Assembly: GCA_963806225.1 (NCBI GenBank)
Contig: CAWDXG010000004.1
Span: 3,776,001-3,840,000, forward strand
DNA length: 64,000 bases
Origin: an uncultured delta proteobacterium
GTDB lineage: Bacteria; Myxococcota_A; Polyangia; Polyangiales; Polyangiaceae
Reading direction: 5' to 3'
Shown here in pieces: positions 29,799-39,300 of the stretch. Under the pieces are notes generated by a model. The model was not told where the DNA came from, made no database searches, and was given only the letters and a program-made list of their open reading frames with translations. Every line of letters starts with the position of its first letter. Position 1 is the stretch's first letter. Both the position numbers and the translations under genes were made by a program.

Positions 29799-32309
29799 CT
29801 ACCTCGGGTACGGGGGGACGTACGGGTCGGAGATGTTGTGGACCTTGTCCACGCCGAACTGCTTGCCTGCTCCGTGGCAGGATTCGCAGGATTCGACCTC
29901 GTCACCGCTGTACGGTGCGGCCGGCGTCGGGTCCACGGTCATGAGGGCACCGTGGGCCTGATCCGCATCGCTGTCGTGGCAGGCCAGGCAGGCGAGCCGA
30001 TCGGGTTCCTTCTTCCAGGTCCCCGCAGTCGCGGTGGCGTCGTGGCACTTCGTGCAGTTGCGCACGTCCTGCGGGAAGACAACATCGTTGAACTCGTCCG
30101 CCGTCGAGTGGATCTGCTCCGGATGGCTCAGATACTTGCCGAAGTGCACGCCGTGGACGCGCCGGTTCAGCGGAGCCGCACCGAACCCGTAGTTCGAGTT
30201 CGCGCTGCCCCAACCCGCCGCGTTGTTCGAGTTCTGTGCCTGGTAGTCGTGGCAGCTCTTGCAGATGTCCGGGCTGAACGTGACCGCGAAGTAGCCTCCG
30301 TGCATCCGGGTGTCTTCGTGGCAATCCGTGCAGTTCGTCGCCACCATCTGTTCTTCCGTGGCCGTGCCGACCTGGAAGTTCTTCACGGCCCAGCTCTCGG
30401 GATGTGCCCCGGCCTTCGTGACAACGAAGAACACGGTGTATGTGCCCGGCTCGAGGCCCGCCACGTCGTCCAGCTTGTAGACGAACGCGTTGTTCGTGGT
30501 GTCGGCCGTGTACTTCGGGTCCGCCGGGCTCGCGTCGGCCAGGAGGTCGTTGTACACGTAGAAGCCGTTTGGATCGGGGTTCGCTGCCGCGGTCGTGAGC
30601 ACCGGCTCGGTGTCCATGCGCGGGCCCGAAACGAAGAGCTCGGCCACATCCTTGTTGGCTCCTGTAAACTTCGTCGGGTCAAGGGCGGCGCCGCTGGAGT
30701 CCTTCACGGTGATGGTGACCGTCGGCGTCTCGCCGGCCTCGTAGTCCGTGCTGTTGGCCGGAGCGGACATGGCGATATCGGCCGTGAGCTTGAAGTCCGG
30801 CGGCGTGATCTTGTGCGCCACGTCGACCGGAGCCTGTGCGCCGGGGCCGTGGCAGGTCGTGCACTTCGAGTCATCCGCCTGCGCGCCGCCGGCGTGCCGG
30901 GTCAGCTCGCAGACGCCCGTGGTGGTGTTGCACACCGGATTGCTGCCGGTCGGACCCGCATTCGTGCAGTCGCTGTCCACCGTGCAGCCGGTCACGCTGG
31001 TCTCCTTGTTGACGGTGAAGTTGCCCGTCGAGAAGTCGACCCAGTCGTGGCACGCGCCGCAGGCTTCACGGCTCGGCTTGGTCTTCCAGGCGTCGTCGGT
31101 GCCGCTGTGGCACTTCTGGCAGTTCTTGATGTCCGCCGGGAAGGCCAGACCTTCATAGGCCTCGAAGTCGCCGGTGGCGCCGGTGTCCAGCTTCGACTTC
31201 AGGTTCTCGCCCATGTGCACGCCGTGCACGCGGCGCACGATCGGGTCGACCATGTAGGTGGGCGTGCTGCCGTCGCCGCACACGCCGCCGTGGCCGGCCT
31301 TGGTCCCGTCCGCGCACACCTGGATGGCCGAGTAGCCGTCCTGGTTGTGGCACATCAGGCAGGTGCGCACCGGCACCGAGTCGAGGTCCGGGCTGCCCGT
31401 CGGGCTGTATCCCGGGTCGATGTGGTGCATGTACTCCTTGCCGTTGGCCGCGCCCTTGTGACAGTCCGCGCAGCTGCCCGTGCCGTCGGCCTTGTCCACG
31501 CCGACGATCAGAGGCTCGACCACGTCCGTCTTGATCTGCACGTCCGTCAGCTCGAACGTACCGTCGAAGGGATAGTCCTTCGGCACCAGGCGCAGCCCGA
31601 AGGTGTACGTGCCCGGGTCCTCGTCGCTCACGGCATTCGTCGTGAACGTGATCGTGTTGCCGTTCACCACCAGCCCCGCGGGAGCCGGGCTGGCCTTGAG
31701 ATCGATGTAGTAGTGGGGCTGCTTCGTGCGGTCGGTGCTGCAGCCGAGCAGCTTGACCGCCGTCTTGTCCTTGAGCACGTCCCGCGGCCCGTTCATGTAC
31801 AGCGCGGCCGTCGAGAAGTAATCGAGGTCCACCGGCTGGCCATCCGCCGTGGTGAGCGTCGCCGTGAAGACGATCTTGTCGCCCGTCACGAAATCCTTGC
31901 CGTTTGGCGGCGCCGCAGCCGACGCCGTGGCCGTCAGGCCCGGCGTCTGGCCGGCGTTCAGACCGGGTTGCCCGGGATTGCCGGGATTGCCGGTGCTGCC
32001 GTTCGGGATCGTGGTGCTGGCGTCGCCGCAGGTGACGACGATGCCGCCGTCGGTCGAGGCCGCAGTGCAGCCCGCGCCCGGATTGCCGGTCCCGCCGTCC
32101 TGTCCGCTCTTGAGTGTCGCCGTGGTGCCGTCGGCACACGTCACGGTTGCCGTGCCGTCGCCGTTATCGGCGATCGTGCAGCCACCGCCATCGGGCGACG
32201 CGCCGGCGGGACCAGTGTCACCCTTCGACCCGCAACCGAGGGCCGAGCCCATCGTCAGCGCAGCGACCGCAAGGAGCCACGCTACGCGTGATTCTTTCTT
32301 GCCCATCAT
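29799..32309 (-). CDS. OmcA/MtrC-family decaheme c-type cytochrome lipoprotein
   Basis: Ten CxxCH motifs in two groups of five (CADCH, CLMCH, CQKCH, CGACH, CTTCH / CTDCH, CKSCH, CTKCH, CLACH, CESCH); FPADIKNC and FPQDVRNC; SALGC lipobox. Confidence 0.9.
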   Translation of the reverse strand: MMGKKESRVAWLLAVAALTMGSALGCGSKGDTGPAGASPDGGGCTIADNGDGTATVTCADGTTATLKSGQDGGTGNPGAGCTAASTDGGIVVTCGDASTTIPNGSTGNPGNPGQPGLNAGQTPGLTATASAAAPPNGKDFVTGDKIVFTATLTTADGQPVDLDYFSTAALYMNGPRDVLKDKTAVKLLGCSTDRTKQPHYYIDLKASPAPAGLVVNGNTITFTTNAVSDEDPGTYTFGLRLVPKDYPFDGTFELTDVQIKTDVVEPLIVGVDKADGTGSCADCHKGAANGKEYMHHIDPGYSPTGSPDLDSVPVRTCLMCHNQDGYSAIQVCADGTKAGHGGVCGDGSTPTYMVDPIVRRVHGVHMGENLKSKLDTGATGDFEAYEGLAFPADIKNCQKCHSGTDDAWKTKPSREACGACHDWVDFSTGNFTVNKETSVTGCTVDSDCTNAGPTGSNPVCNTTTGVCELTRHAGGAQADDSKCTTCHGPGAQAPVDVAHKITPPDFKLTADIAMSAPANSTDYEAGETPTVTITVKDSSGAALDPTKFTGANKDVAELFVSGPRMDTEPVLTTAAANPDPNGFYVYNDLLADASPADPKYTADTTNNAFVYKLDDVAGLEPGTYTVFFVVTKAGAHPESWAVKNFQVGTATEEQMVATNCTDCHEDTRMHGGYFAVTFSPDICKSCHDYQAQNSNNAAGWGSANSNYGFGAAPLNRRVHGVHFGKYLSHPEQIHSTADEFNDVVFPQDVRNCTKCHDATATAGTWKKEPDRLACLACHDSDADQAHGALMTVDPTPAAPYSGDEVESCESCHGAGKQFGVDKVHNISDPYVPPYPR

Positions 32310-32371
32310 GAGTTCGTTCCTTCCAAGCCGAGAGTTCGCGGGCGTAGGACACGTCCGCCGGGACGGCCTAA

Positions 32372-32387
32372 AGCAAATCCGGTGCCG
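32372..32387 (-). promoter_or_regulatory. Putative sigma-54 promoter of the decaheme cytochrome
   Basis: Minus strand CGGCACC-GGAT-TTGCT, about 60 bp upstream of ATG 32309. Confidence 0.55.
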
Positions 32388-32488
32388 GCAAGACTTTCGC
32401 GTAATTTCGATGGATTACCGGCCGAAATTCGCGCAGCGGGTGCGAGGTCTTGACGCACCGCGCGCAACGACTGCACGAATCCCGGGAA

Positions 32489-32502
32489 TTGACGGGGATC
32501 AA
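32489..32502. promoter_or_regulatory. FNR/Crp-family-like box
   Basis: TTGAC-GGGG-ATCAA, one mismatch to TTGAT-N4-ATCAA. Confidence 0.5.
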
Positions 32503-32627
32503 TCCTTGCGAAAGCGCCCATGGCGCCTCCGTTCACGCAAACGCTGCGTTTCCACGCGGAACCCAGGGCGAAAGAATCGGGCAGCCGGACGCAGGAAACG
32601 TGGCTGCGCAGCCTCTGTACCCGGCTG

Positions 32628-33365
32628 CTACTTGAAACCGTGCAGGTGCACCAGGTACCACTCGCCGCGCCACGAGATGAGCGAGGTGACGCCGAAGCTC
32701 CGCTCCTTGCCGTCGGCGGTGCGGTAGCGGAGCAGCGAGTCCAGCACGCGGTAGTAGCCGAGCTTGTTGCCCTCGCTGCCGGGCTTCATCCAGCGCGCGC
32801 GCTTCATAGGTACGTCCAGACCGAGCAACCGCGCCTTTTCGGGATGTTGGCCCAGCCGGCGGTGGTAGCGATGGACGGTCCGCTCGTACGCGGCAACGAG
32901 GCGATACTTCCAGTCGCGCTCCGGCTTCTGGATGGCCTTGACCTGCCGGTAGGCAAGCACGGGGAAGAAGAACGGCATGCCGATCGAGGGGTCGTCCTTC
33001 TGGATCGCCTCGAAGAGCAGGTCCACATGGTGGCGAAACAGCGCCGAGTCGACCGCGGGCGTAGCGCGCGTCTGGGGCAGCACGCCGCCATCGGGACCTC
33101 GCAGCGCGGGCTCGCTCGGCGGGCCTGCTTCAGCCGTCGCACCGCCGGCTCCCGCGTCGGCGGGCCCGGCGTCGAGCGGCGGCGCTTCCACGACCTCGGC
33201 GGGGATCACGCTGGCCCCCGGGGGCAGCGCTGCAGCCGAGCTGGCCGTCTGCGCCGGGGCCGGCTCCACCGGAGCGGCGGGCTCGGGGGCCGGATGCTGC
33301 CCGCTGTTGCAGGCAGCGAACAGCACGAGCATCGGCGCGACGGATAGGCTGCCCCGGAACGTCAT
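32628..33365 (-). CDS. Hypothetical lipoprotein
   Basis: LFAAC lipobox, Pro/Ala linker, globular C-terminal domain (FFFPVLAYRQVK...SLISWRGEWYLVHL). Confidence 0.75.
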   Translation of the reverse strand: MTFRGSLSVAPMLVLFAACNSGQHPAPEPAAPVEPAPAQTASSAAALPPGASVIPAEVVEAPPLDAGPADAGAGGATAEAGPPSEPALRGPDGGVLPQTRATPAVDSALFRHHVDLLFEAIQKDDPSIGMPFFFPVLAYRQVKAIQKPERDWKYRLVAAYERTVHRYHRRLGQHPEKARLLGLDVPMKRARWMKPGSEGNKLGYYRVLDSLLRYRTADGKERSFGVTSLISWRGEWYLVHLHGFK

Positions 33366-33425
33366 GGCGCCGGAGCATGCCCCAGATACGCCGATGCCGC
33401 GAAAAACACGCGCTATAACGGGGGC

Positions 33426-36173
33426 GTGACGGTCCGGACCCTCGTCGGCATCGATCTCGGCACCACGCACACCGTGGTCGCCTTCACCGATGCGAGAGAG
33501 CCTGCGGCGCCGAGGATCTTCCCTATTCCGGAGCTGGTCACGGGCAGCGAGATCGAGGCCCACGAGCTTCTGCCGTCGTTCCTGTACGCACCAACCCAGG
33601 GCGAGCAGGTTGCCGACCCCTGGCGCGACGCGCCCTGGGTGATCGGCGAGCTGGCGCGGCGCCGCGGTCAGGAGGTGCCGGGTCGCGTGGTCAGCTCGGC
33701 AAAGAGCTGGCTGTGCCACGGCGCAGTCGATCGCACCGCGCCGATCCTGCCGTGGGGCGCCTCGGGGGAGGCCTCGGACGTGCCTCGCATCTCGCCCGTG
33801 GACGCGGCGGCGCGCGTGCTGTCGCACGTGCGCCGCGCCTGGGACGCCGCCTTCCCCGACGCGCTGCTGTCCGACCAGCAGGTCGTGCTGACAGTTCCCG
33901 CGTCGTTCGACCAGGCAGCGCGCGAGCTGACGCTTCGGGCCGCGCACCAGGCCGGGCTCGCCGTGCGGTTGCTGGAGGAGCCGCAAGCCGCCTTCTACGA
34001 TTTCATGCAGCAGAGCGGGCAGACGGAGGCGCTCGGCGAGCTGCTCGGCGGCGGCGAGCCCGAAGCACTGGTGCTCGTCTGCGACGTCGGCGGCGGCACC
34101 ACCGACCTGAGCCTGATCCGGGTCGCCCGAGACGAGCAGGGTGCGCTCGACGTGTCGCGCGTCGCCGTGGGGCGCCACCTGCTGCTCGGCGGGGACAACA
34201 TGGACCTCGCACTCGCGCACCTGTGCGAGGCACGACTGGCGGAGCCGCCCGCGCGCCTCGACCCGCAGCGCTTCGGACAGCTCGTGCTCGCCTGCCGCGC
34301 CGCGAAGGAACGACTGCTCGGCGACCAGCCCCCGGACAGCGTGCCCATCCGGCTGCTCGGCTCCGGCTCGGCCCTGGTCGGCGGCACCTTGTCGACCGAC
34401 CTGTCCCGCGAGGAAGTCGCGCGGGTCGTGCTCGACGGCTTCCTGCCGCCTGCGCCACGCGACGCCCGCCCCGGGGCGAGGGGGCGTGCCGGGCTGGTCG
34501 CTTTTGGTCTGCCGTACGAGCGGGATGCCGCGATCACGCGCCACGTAGCCGATTTCTTCGGACGCTACGCTCCCAGTTCCGGCGGGCCGCGGGCGCTTTT
34601 GCTCAACGGCGGGCTGTTCCGGGCCAGGCGTCTCACCGAGCGGCTGCTCAACGTCGTCCAGAGCTGGGGCAACGCCGCGCTCGACGTGCTGCCCGCTCCC
34701 GATCCGGACCTGGCCGTGGCGCGCGGCGCCGTGGCCTATGCTGCGGCGCTCGCGGGTCACGGCCTGCGCATCGGCGGCGGCGCGGCGCACGGCTACTACA
34801 TCGGGCTCGAAGGCGACGGCGGGGGCCGCGCCGCAGTGTGCGTCGTTCCACGCGGCTCGCAGGAGGGCGAGCGACACAGCGCGGCGACACGACGCCTCGC
34901 TCTCAAGCTCGGGCAGCCGGTGCGCTTCGAGCTGTACGCGTCCGACGACGCCGCGGTGCACGCGCCCGGGCAGATCGTGGAGCTGGACGACGAGCACTTC
35001 CGTCCGCTGCCCCCCGTGGCGGCCGGGTTCGACGTGACGGAAAGCGCGCAGCCTGAAGAGGTCCCGGTCGTGCTGGAAGGGGAGCTCAGCGCAATCGGCA
35101 CGCTGGAGCTCGGCTGCGTCGAGGTCGACCCCGCCGGCGAGGCACCACGACGCTTCCGGCTCGCTTTCGAGCTCAGGGGAGGCGAGGCCAAGCCGTCGCC
35201 GGAGGACCGCGGCAACTCACCGAAATCGGTTGGGCGCCGCTTCGACGAGGCCCGCGAAGCGATCGAGCGCGTGTTCGGCAAGAGCCGTGGCGACGTCCGC
35301 CCACGCGAGGTGAAGGATCTGCTGCGGGAGCTGGAACGACTGCTCGGCGAACGCGCGTCCTGGACAGGCGAGCTGACACGCGCCCTGTTCGACGTGCTCG
35401 CTCCGAAGAAGAAGGCCCGGCGCCGCTCACCGGATCACGAGCGCATGTTCTGGATGCTCGCCGGCTACTGCCTCCGTCCCGGATACGGCCATCCGCTGGA
35501 CCCCCAGCGCATCCGGCAGATCGTTCCGCTCGAAGAGCAGCACCTGACCTTCCAACAGGAAGCCCGGGGTTGGCAGCAGTACTGGATTGCCTGGCGGCGC
35601 ATCGCAGGCGGTCTGGACGAGGAGGTCCAGGTGCGCCTGCGGAACCGGGTCGATCCGTTCCTTGCGCCGAGCGAGCTCAAGCTGAAAAAGCCGAAGGGCT
35701 TCAAGCCGCTGGCCCACGACGAGATGCTGGAGATGGTCGCCTCGCTCGAGCGGGTGCCGGCCGAACGCCGCGCCGAGCTGGGCCGGTGGCTCATCGAGCG
35801 CACATGGACCGACCGGAATCCGCGGCTCTGGGCGGCGATAGGCCGTATCGGCGCACGTGTTCCTACATACGCCAGCGTGCACCATGTGGTGGCACCCCGG
35901 ACCGTCGAACGCTGGGTGGACCATCTACTACGCGAGAAATGGGAAGAAATGCCCAGTGCACCGCGGGCGGCGATGCAACTGGTCCGGCTCACGGACGATC
36001 GGGTGCGTGACGTTTCCGCTACGCTCCGTGAGGAAGTAGCGAAGCGGCTGGAACAGTCCGGTGCGCCCCCCGAGTGGTCGCAGTCGGTGAAACATTTCGT
36101 CCCGGTCCGGGAGAACGACCGGACGGAATTTTTCGGCGAGGAGCTTCCGGTCGGCCTCAGGTTGGCGGACTGA
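33426..36173 (+). CDS. Hsp70-family protein with C-terminal DUF3731-type domain
   Basis: GIDLGTTHT, TVPASFD, DVGGGTTD, LLGGDNMD; C-terminal RRRSPDHER.FWMLAGYCLRPGYGHPLD, WIAWRRIAGGL, WAAIGRIGARVP, FGEELPVGLRL. Confidence 0.92.
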   Translation: MTVRTLVGIDLGTTHTVVAFTDAREPAAPRIFPIPELVTGSEIEAHELLPSFLYAPTQGEQVADPWRDAPWVIGELARRRGQEVPGRVVSSAKSWLCHGAVDRTAPILPWGASGEASDVPRISPVDAAARVLSHVRRAWDAAFPDALLSDQQVVLTVPASFDQAARELTLRAAHQAGLAVRLLEEPQAAFYDFMQQSGQTEALGELLGGGEPEALVLVCDVGGGTTDLSLIRVARDEQGALDVSRVAVGRHLLLGGDNMDLALAHLCEARLAEPPARLDPQRFGQLVLACRAAKERLLGDQPPDSVPIRLLGSGSALVGGTLSTDLSREEVARVVLDGFLPPAPRDARPGARGRAGLVAFGLPYERDAAITRHVADFFGRYAPSSGGPRALLLNGGLFRARRLTERLLNVVQSWGNAALDVLPAPDPDLAVARGAVAYAAALAGHGLRIGGGAAHGYYIGLEGDGGGRAAVCVVPRGSQEGERHSAATRRLALKLGQPVRFELYASDDAAVHAPGQIVELDDEHFRPLPPVAAGFDVTESAQPEEVPVVLEGELSAIGTLELGCVEVDPAGEAPRRFRLAFELRGGEAKPSPEDRGNSPKSVGRRFDEAREAIERVFGKSRGDVRPREVKDLLRELERLLGERASWTGELTRALFDVLAPKKKARRRSPDHERMFWMLAGYCLRPGYGHPLDPQRIRQIVPLEEQHLTFQQEARGWQQYWIAWRRIAGGLDEEVQVRLRNRVDPFLAPSELKLKKPKGFKPLAHDEMLEMVASLERVPAERRAELGRWLIERTWTDRNPRLWAAIGRIGARVPTYASVHHVVAPRTVERWVDHLLREKWEEMPSAPRAAMQLVRLTDDRVRDVSATLREEVAKRLEQSGAPPEWSQSVKHFVPVRENDRTEFFGEELPVGLRLAD

Positions 36174-36264
36174 TCGCAGGGCCGGGCCGAGCTTGTCGTC
36201 CCACAGCGCTCCGGCTAGAGTCGAGCGTTCCGGAAACAGGAGCGCAAGGGGGGGAAACAAGGGC

Positions 36265-38208
36265 ATGATGAGTGGTCGGGACGTCGTCGAATCGCCGGGC
36301 AAGTCCCGGATCGGCAGCGTGCTTGGCGGCAGGTGGCAGCTCGTGGGCCTCCTCGGCAGCGGCCTGGTGAGCCATGTGTACGAGGCCACCGACGAGACCG
36401 GGGGCCGCGTCGTGGCGAGCGTGCTCCGTGGCGAGCTGGTCGCCGACAGCGAGCTGCGCGAGGGATTCGTGACCGCCGGACGGGAAGCGGCCCGGGTCGG
36501 CCACGCCGACAGCGTCTGGGTGCTGGGACACGGCCTGACCGACGACGGATACCCGTTCGTGGTGTCGGAGCTGCTGGAAGGCGAGACCTTCGCGAAGCTC
36601 GTCCAACGGCGGCGAGGACGATTGTATCCGGCCGAGGCGCTCAGGCTGGTGAGGGATGCGCTCGACGTGGTGGCCGCCGCACACGCGAACGGCATCGTGC
36701 ACGGCGAGCTCACACCGGACCGGCTGTTCATCACGGACGGCGGCACGATCAAGGTGCTCGGATTCGGAATCACGGCGCTCAGGCGCCGGGCGGCGGAGCT
36801 TCTCGAAGTGGACACCGTCCCGGACGCCGAGTCGTACCGCGCGCCGGAGCAGCAGCGGGGCGGCACGGCAGTTGCGCAGAGCGACCTGTTTGCGCTCGGC
36901 GCGGTCCTGTACACGCTGCTGACGGGCTTGGACGGCGCCGAGCCAGGGGCGCGTGGAGGCGCCCGGTCGCTGGTCACGTTTGCCCCGACAGCACCGCCCA
37001 GCCTGTTGAAGCTCGTCGAACGGGCTCTGGCGCCCACACCCGAACAACGATTCCCGGACGCGCGAGCGATGCGTGCCGCGGTGGACCAGGCGCTCATGCT
37101 TCCCGAGCTGCTCAACTTGCGCAGCCTGCAGGACGCTCCCGCGCGCGCTACGCCCACGCCACGCAGGGATGTGAGCCGCGAGCCGCCGCTCAGCCATCGC
37201 AACACCTTGCCCGCCCCTTCCGACAGCGGGCAGGGAGCACCGTTCAGCGCTCCGCTCAGTCCCCCTTCCGCGCCCGGAACCGGATCCGGGCGGCACGCGA
37301 CGGTGCGCGTCGCCGAGCGGGCCGCCCTTCGCGCGGGCTGGCGCGGGGGCCTGGCGGACACGATGCCGGCGATCGACGCCGACGTGCTCGCCGACGTCGC
37401 CCCGGCATCTGCGCAGCGCCCGGCGCGCGCGCAGGGCGAACTGGACATCGACGGCCTGCGTGAGCTGTTCGCCCAGCTGGAGCGCACGCTGCTCTGCAGC
37501 ATCGCCCACGGCGCCGAGCACGCGGAAACCGCGCGTGGGATGCGGGCACTGGGCGAGCACGCGGACGAGCTTCTTGCGACCACCCGGACCGCGCTGTACT
37601 GGAACGTCACCGAAACGGGCTTCGCCGCTGCGGGCAAGAGCGTCTGGCAGCCGCAGGGGGAGCTCGCACGGGTGCCGGCCCGCTTGTTTTCCGATGGGGT
37701 GCGCTTGCTCGCGCTGCTACCCGGACTCGAACGAAGCGAGCTCGGGCGGCTGGTGGAAATCCTCGCGTACGACCCCGACACCGCGGCGTCGCGAGAAGAC
37801 GACCTGGTCACGCTGTTGTGGCAGGCAGCGCTGCCGCACGTCATGCACCATGCGGTCGGACCCTTCGTGGATCAGGAAGCCCGCGCCCGCTTCGAACAGG
37901 AAAAGCGCGAGACCGTAGCGCTGGTTCGCTTCGACACCAGCTTCCAGCTCGAGGACTGCTGGCGAGAAGCACGTGGGGACACATCTCCAGCGCAGTGGCG
38001 CGAGTCGCTCCTGCTGGTGCTCGGGCGGCGGCGGAACGAGGACGGACAGACGTTCGTCGGCGGACGTGCAGCGCTGAGAGTGGACCCCGCCGAGCGCGAG
38101 GCCACTGCAGCACGCCTGGCGTCGGAAGAGCGGGTCGGCGCGGCACGCTTCGAGGCCGTGTTGCGCGCAACCGAGTCGAGCTCGGGTGGGGACGGGAACA
38201 GGTCATGA
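36265..38208 (+). CDS. Hanks-type Ser/Thr kinase-fold protein with degenerate catalytic motifs (pseudokinase) plus a C-terminal helical domain
   Basis: LGSGLVSHVYEA, FVVSELLEGET, IVHGELTPDRLFI, IKVLGFGI, YRAPEQ, SDLFALGAVLY. Confidence 0.85.
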   Translation: MMSGRDVVESPGKSRIGSVLGGRWQLVGLLGSGLVSHVYEATDETGGRVVASVLRGELVADSELREGFVTAGREAARVGHADSVWVLGHGLTDDGYPFVVSELLEGETFAKLVQRRRGRLYPAEALRLVRDALDVVAAAHANGIVHGELTPDRLFITDGGTIKVLGFGITALRRRAAELLEVDTVPDAESYRAPEQQRGGTAVAQSDLFALGAVLYTLLTGLDGAEPGARGGARSLVTFAPTAPPSLLKLVERALAPTPEQRFPDARAMRAAVDQALMLPELLNLRSLQDAPARATPTPRRDVSREPPLSHRNTLPAPSDSGQGAPFSAPLSPPSAPGTGSGRHATVRVAERAALRAGWRGGLADTMPAIDADVLADVAPASAQRPARAQGELDIDGLRELFAQLERTLLCSIAHGAEHAETARGMRALGEHADELLATTRTALYWNVTETGFAAAGKSVWQPQGELARVPARLFSDGVRLLALLPGLERSELGRLVEILAYDPDTAASREDDLVTLLWQAALPHVMHHAVGPFVDQEARARFEQEKRETVALVRFDTSFQLEDCWREARGDTSPAQWRESLLLVLGRRRNEDGQTFVGGRAALRVDPAEREATAARLASEERVGAARFEAVLRATESSSGGDGNRS

Positions 38209-39168
38209 GCGCCACCCCGTCTCTACCGCCAGGCGACTCGTTGGACGTGGACGGGGTGCTTGGGCTGTACGCCTGTGCCATCACGACCGTCGGCCGCTTC
38301 CTCGAGAGCGTTGCCCACGGGGACGTGCCGTCGATCGTACCCATCAAGCGCGTGGCGGAGCGTCTCGCCTCCGCCACCGCCTCCGGGAGCCCCCTGCTCA
38401 GGGCCATCGTGGCGCTGGCGGCTGCGCGTCGGGATCTGCCGGCGCGCGCGGTGCAGTCGGCCATGCTCGCGCTGCTCGTCGCCCGGGAAGTCAGCGACAA
38501 CCGCCCGGCGCTATCGCGCCTGGCGGAGGCTGCGATGATGGTCGACTCCGGCAGCGTGCTGCTGGCCCGTAGCGCCGGAGGCTCGCTGCCGGATCGCCTG
38601 CAGGCAGAAGTCCCCGCGAAGACCGCCGCGGTGTGCCTCGCGGCAAGCGGAGCAACGCCTGACCTGGCGCAGGTCCGCGCAACGACCGCGTTCGAAGTGG
38701 CGTGGCTCGAGCGCAGCGCGCTGCTCGGCCCGTTGAACAGCTCCGCGATGGGCCCGCTGCTCGGCGCGCGGCTCATCGTGATGGTGCGCGCGCTGCTCTC
38801 CAGGATCGCTCCGCAGGGCGGCGAGCCGGGCCTGTCCCCGCCCGATGCGCTGCACGGCGTGGCGCAGATGCCCGGCTCCGACCCGGTGTTGGTCCGGCTG
38901 CTCGTCGCGGCGCTCGGGGCGGTACCCGTCGGTACCGTGGTGGAGCTGGATACGGGTGAGTGGGCGGTCGTCGCGGCACCGCCGGCCGATCCGACCCGGA
39001 TCGGATCAGCCCCGGATCCGCGTGGTCACCGACACCAAGGGACGCGCGCGGGAGCAGCTTGTGGAGCTCGATCTCGCCGTGGGGCCACGCGGCTCGCTGC
39101 CGTCGATCCAACGAATCGTGCCGCCGGGCAAGGCCCGGTTCAACGTGGCCGCGGCGCTGTTCGTCTGA
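38205..39168 (+). CDS. Degenerate HD-GYP-like protein (frameshift near 39005)
   Basis: ATGA overlap with the pseudokinase; SPPDAL and DPVLVRLLVAALGAVPVGTVVELDTGEWAVV...PRIRVVTD resemble an HD-GYP C-terminus; the HD position reads AAMMVDSG. Confidence 0.7.
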
Positions 39169-39300
39169 GTTTCCGGCGTTTTCCGGCCCGGAAGCCGCGT
39201 TCCCGGGCAGAATCGACCGGCGGCTGAAATACGCCGGCCCCCTGCCGCGAATGGACCAGCAGGGATGCTTCTCGCCAGTCATGTACGGGCTCCTTTCGTG

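Noticed and set aside
26957..33365. Mobile element or genomic island between the Hsp70 genes
   Set aside because: No integrase, transposase, tRNA or flanking direct repeat seen, and no obvious compositional shift
25085..36173. Calling the Hsp70 genes dnaK or hscA
   Set aside because: They lack the DnaK-type substrate-binding domain and dnaJ/grpE context
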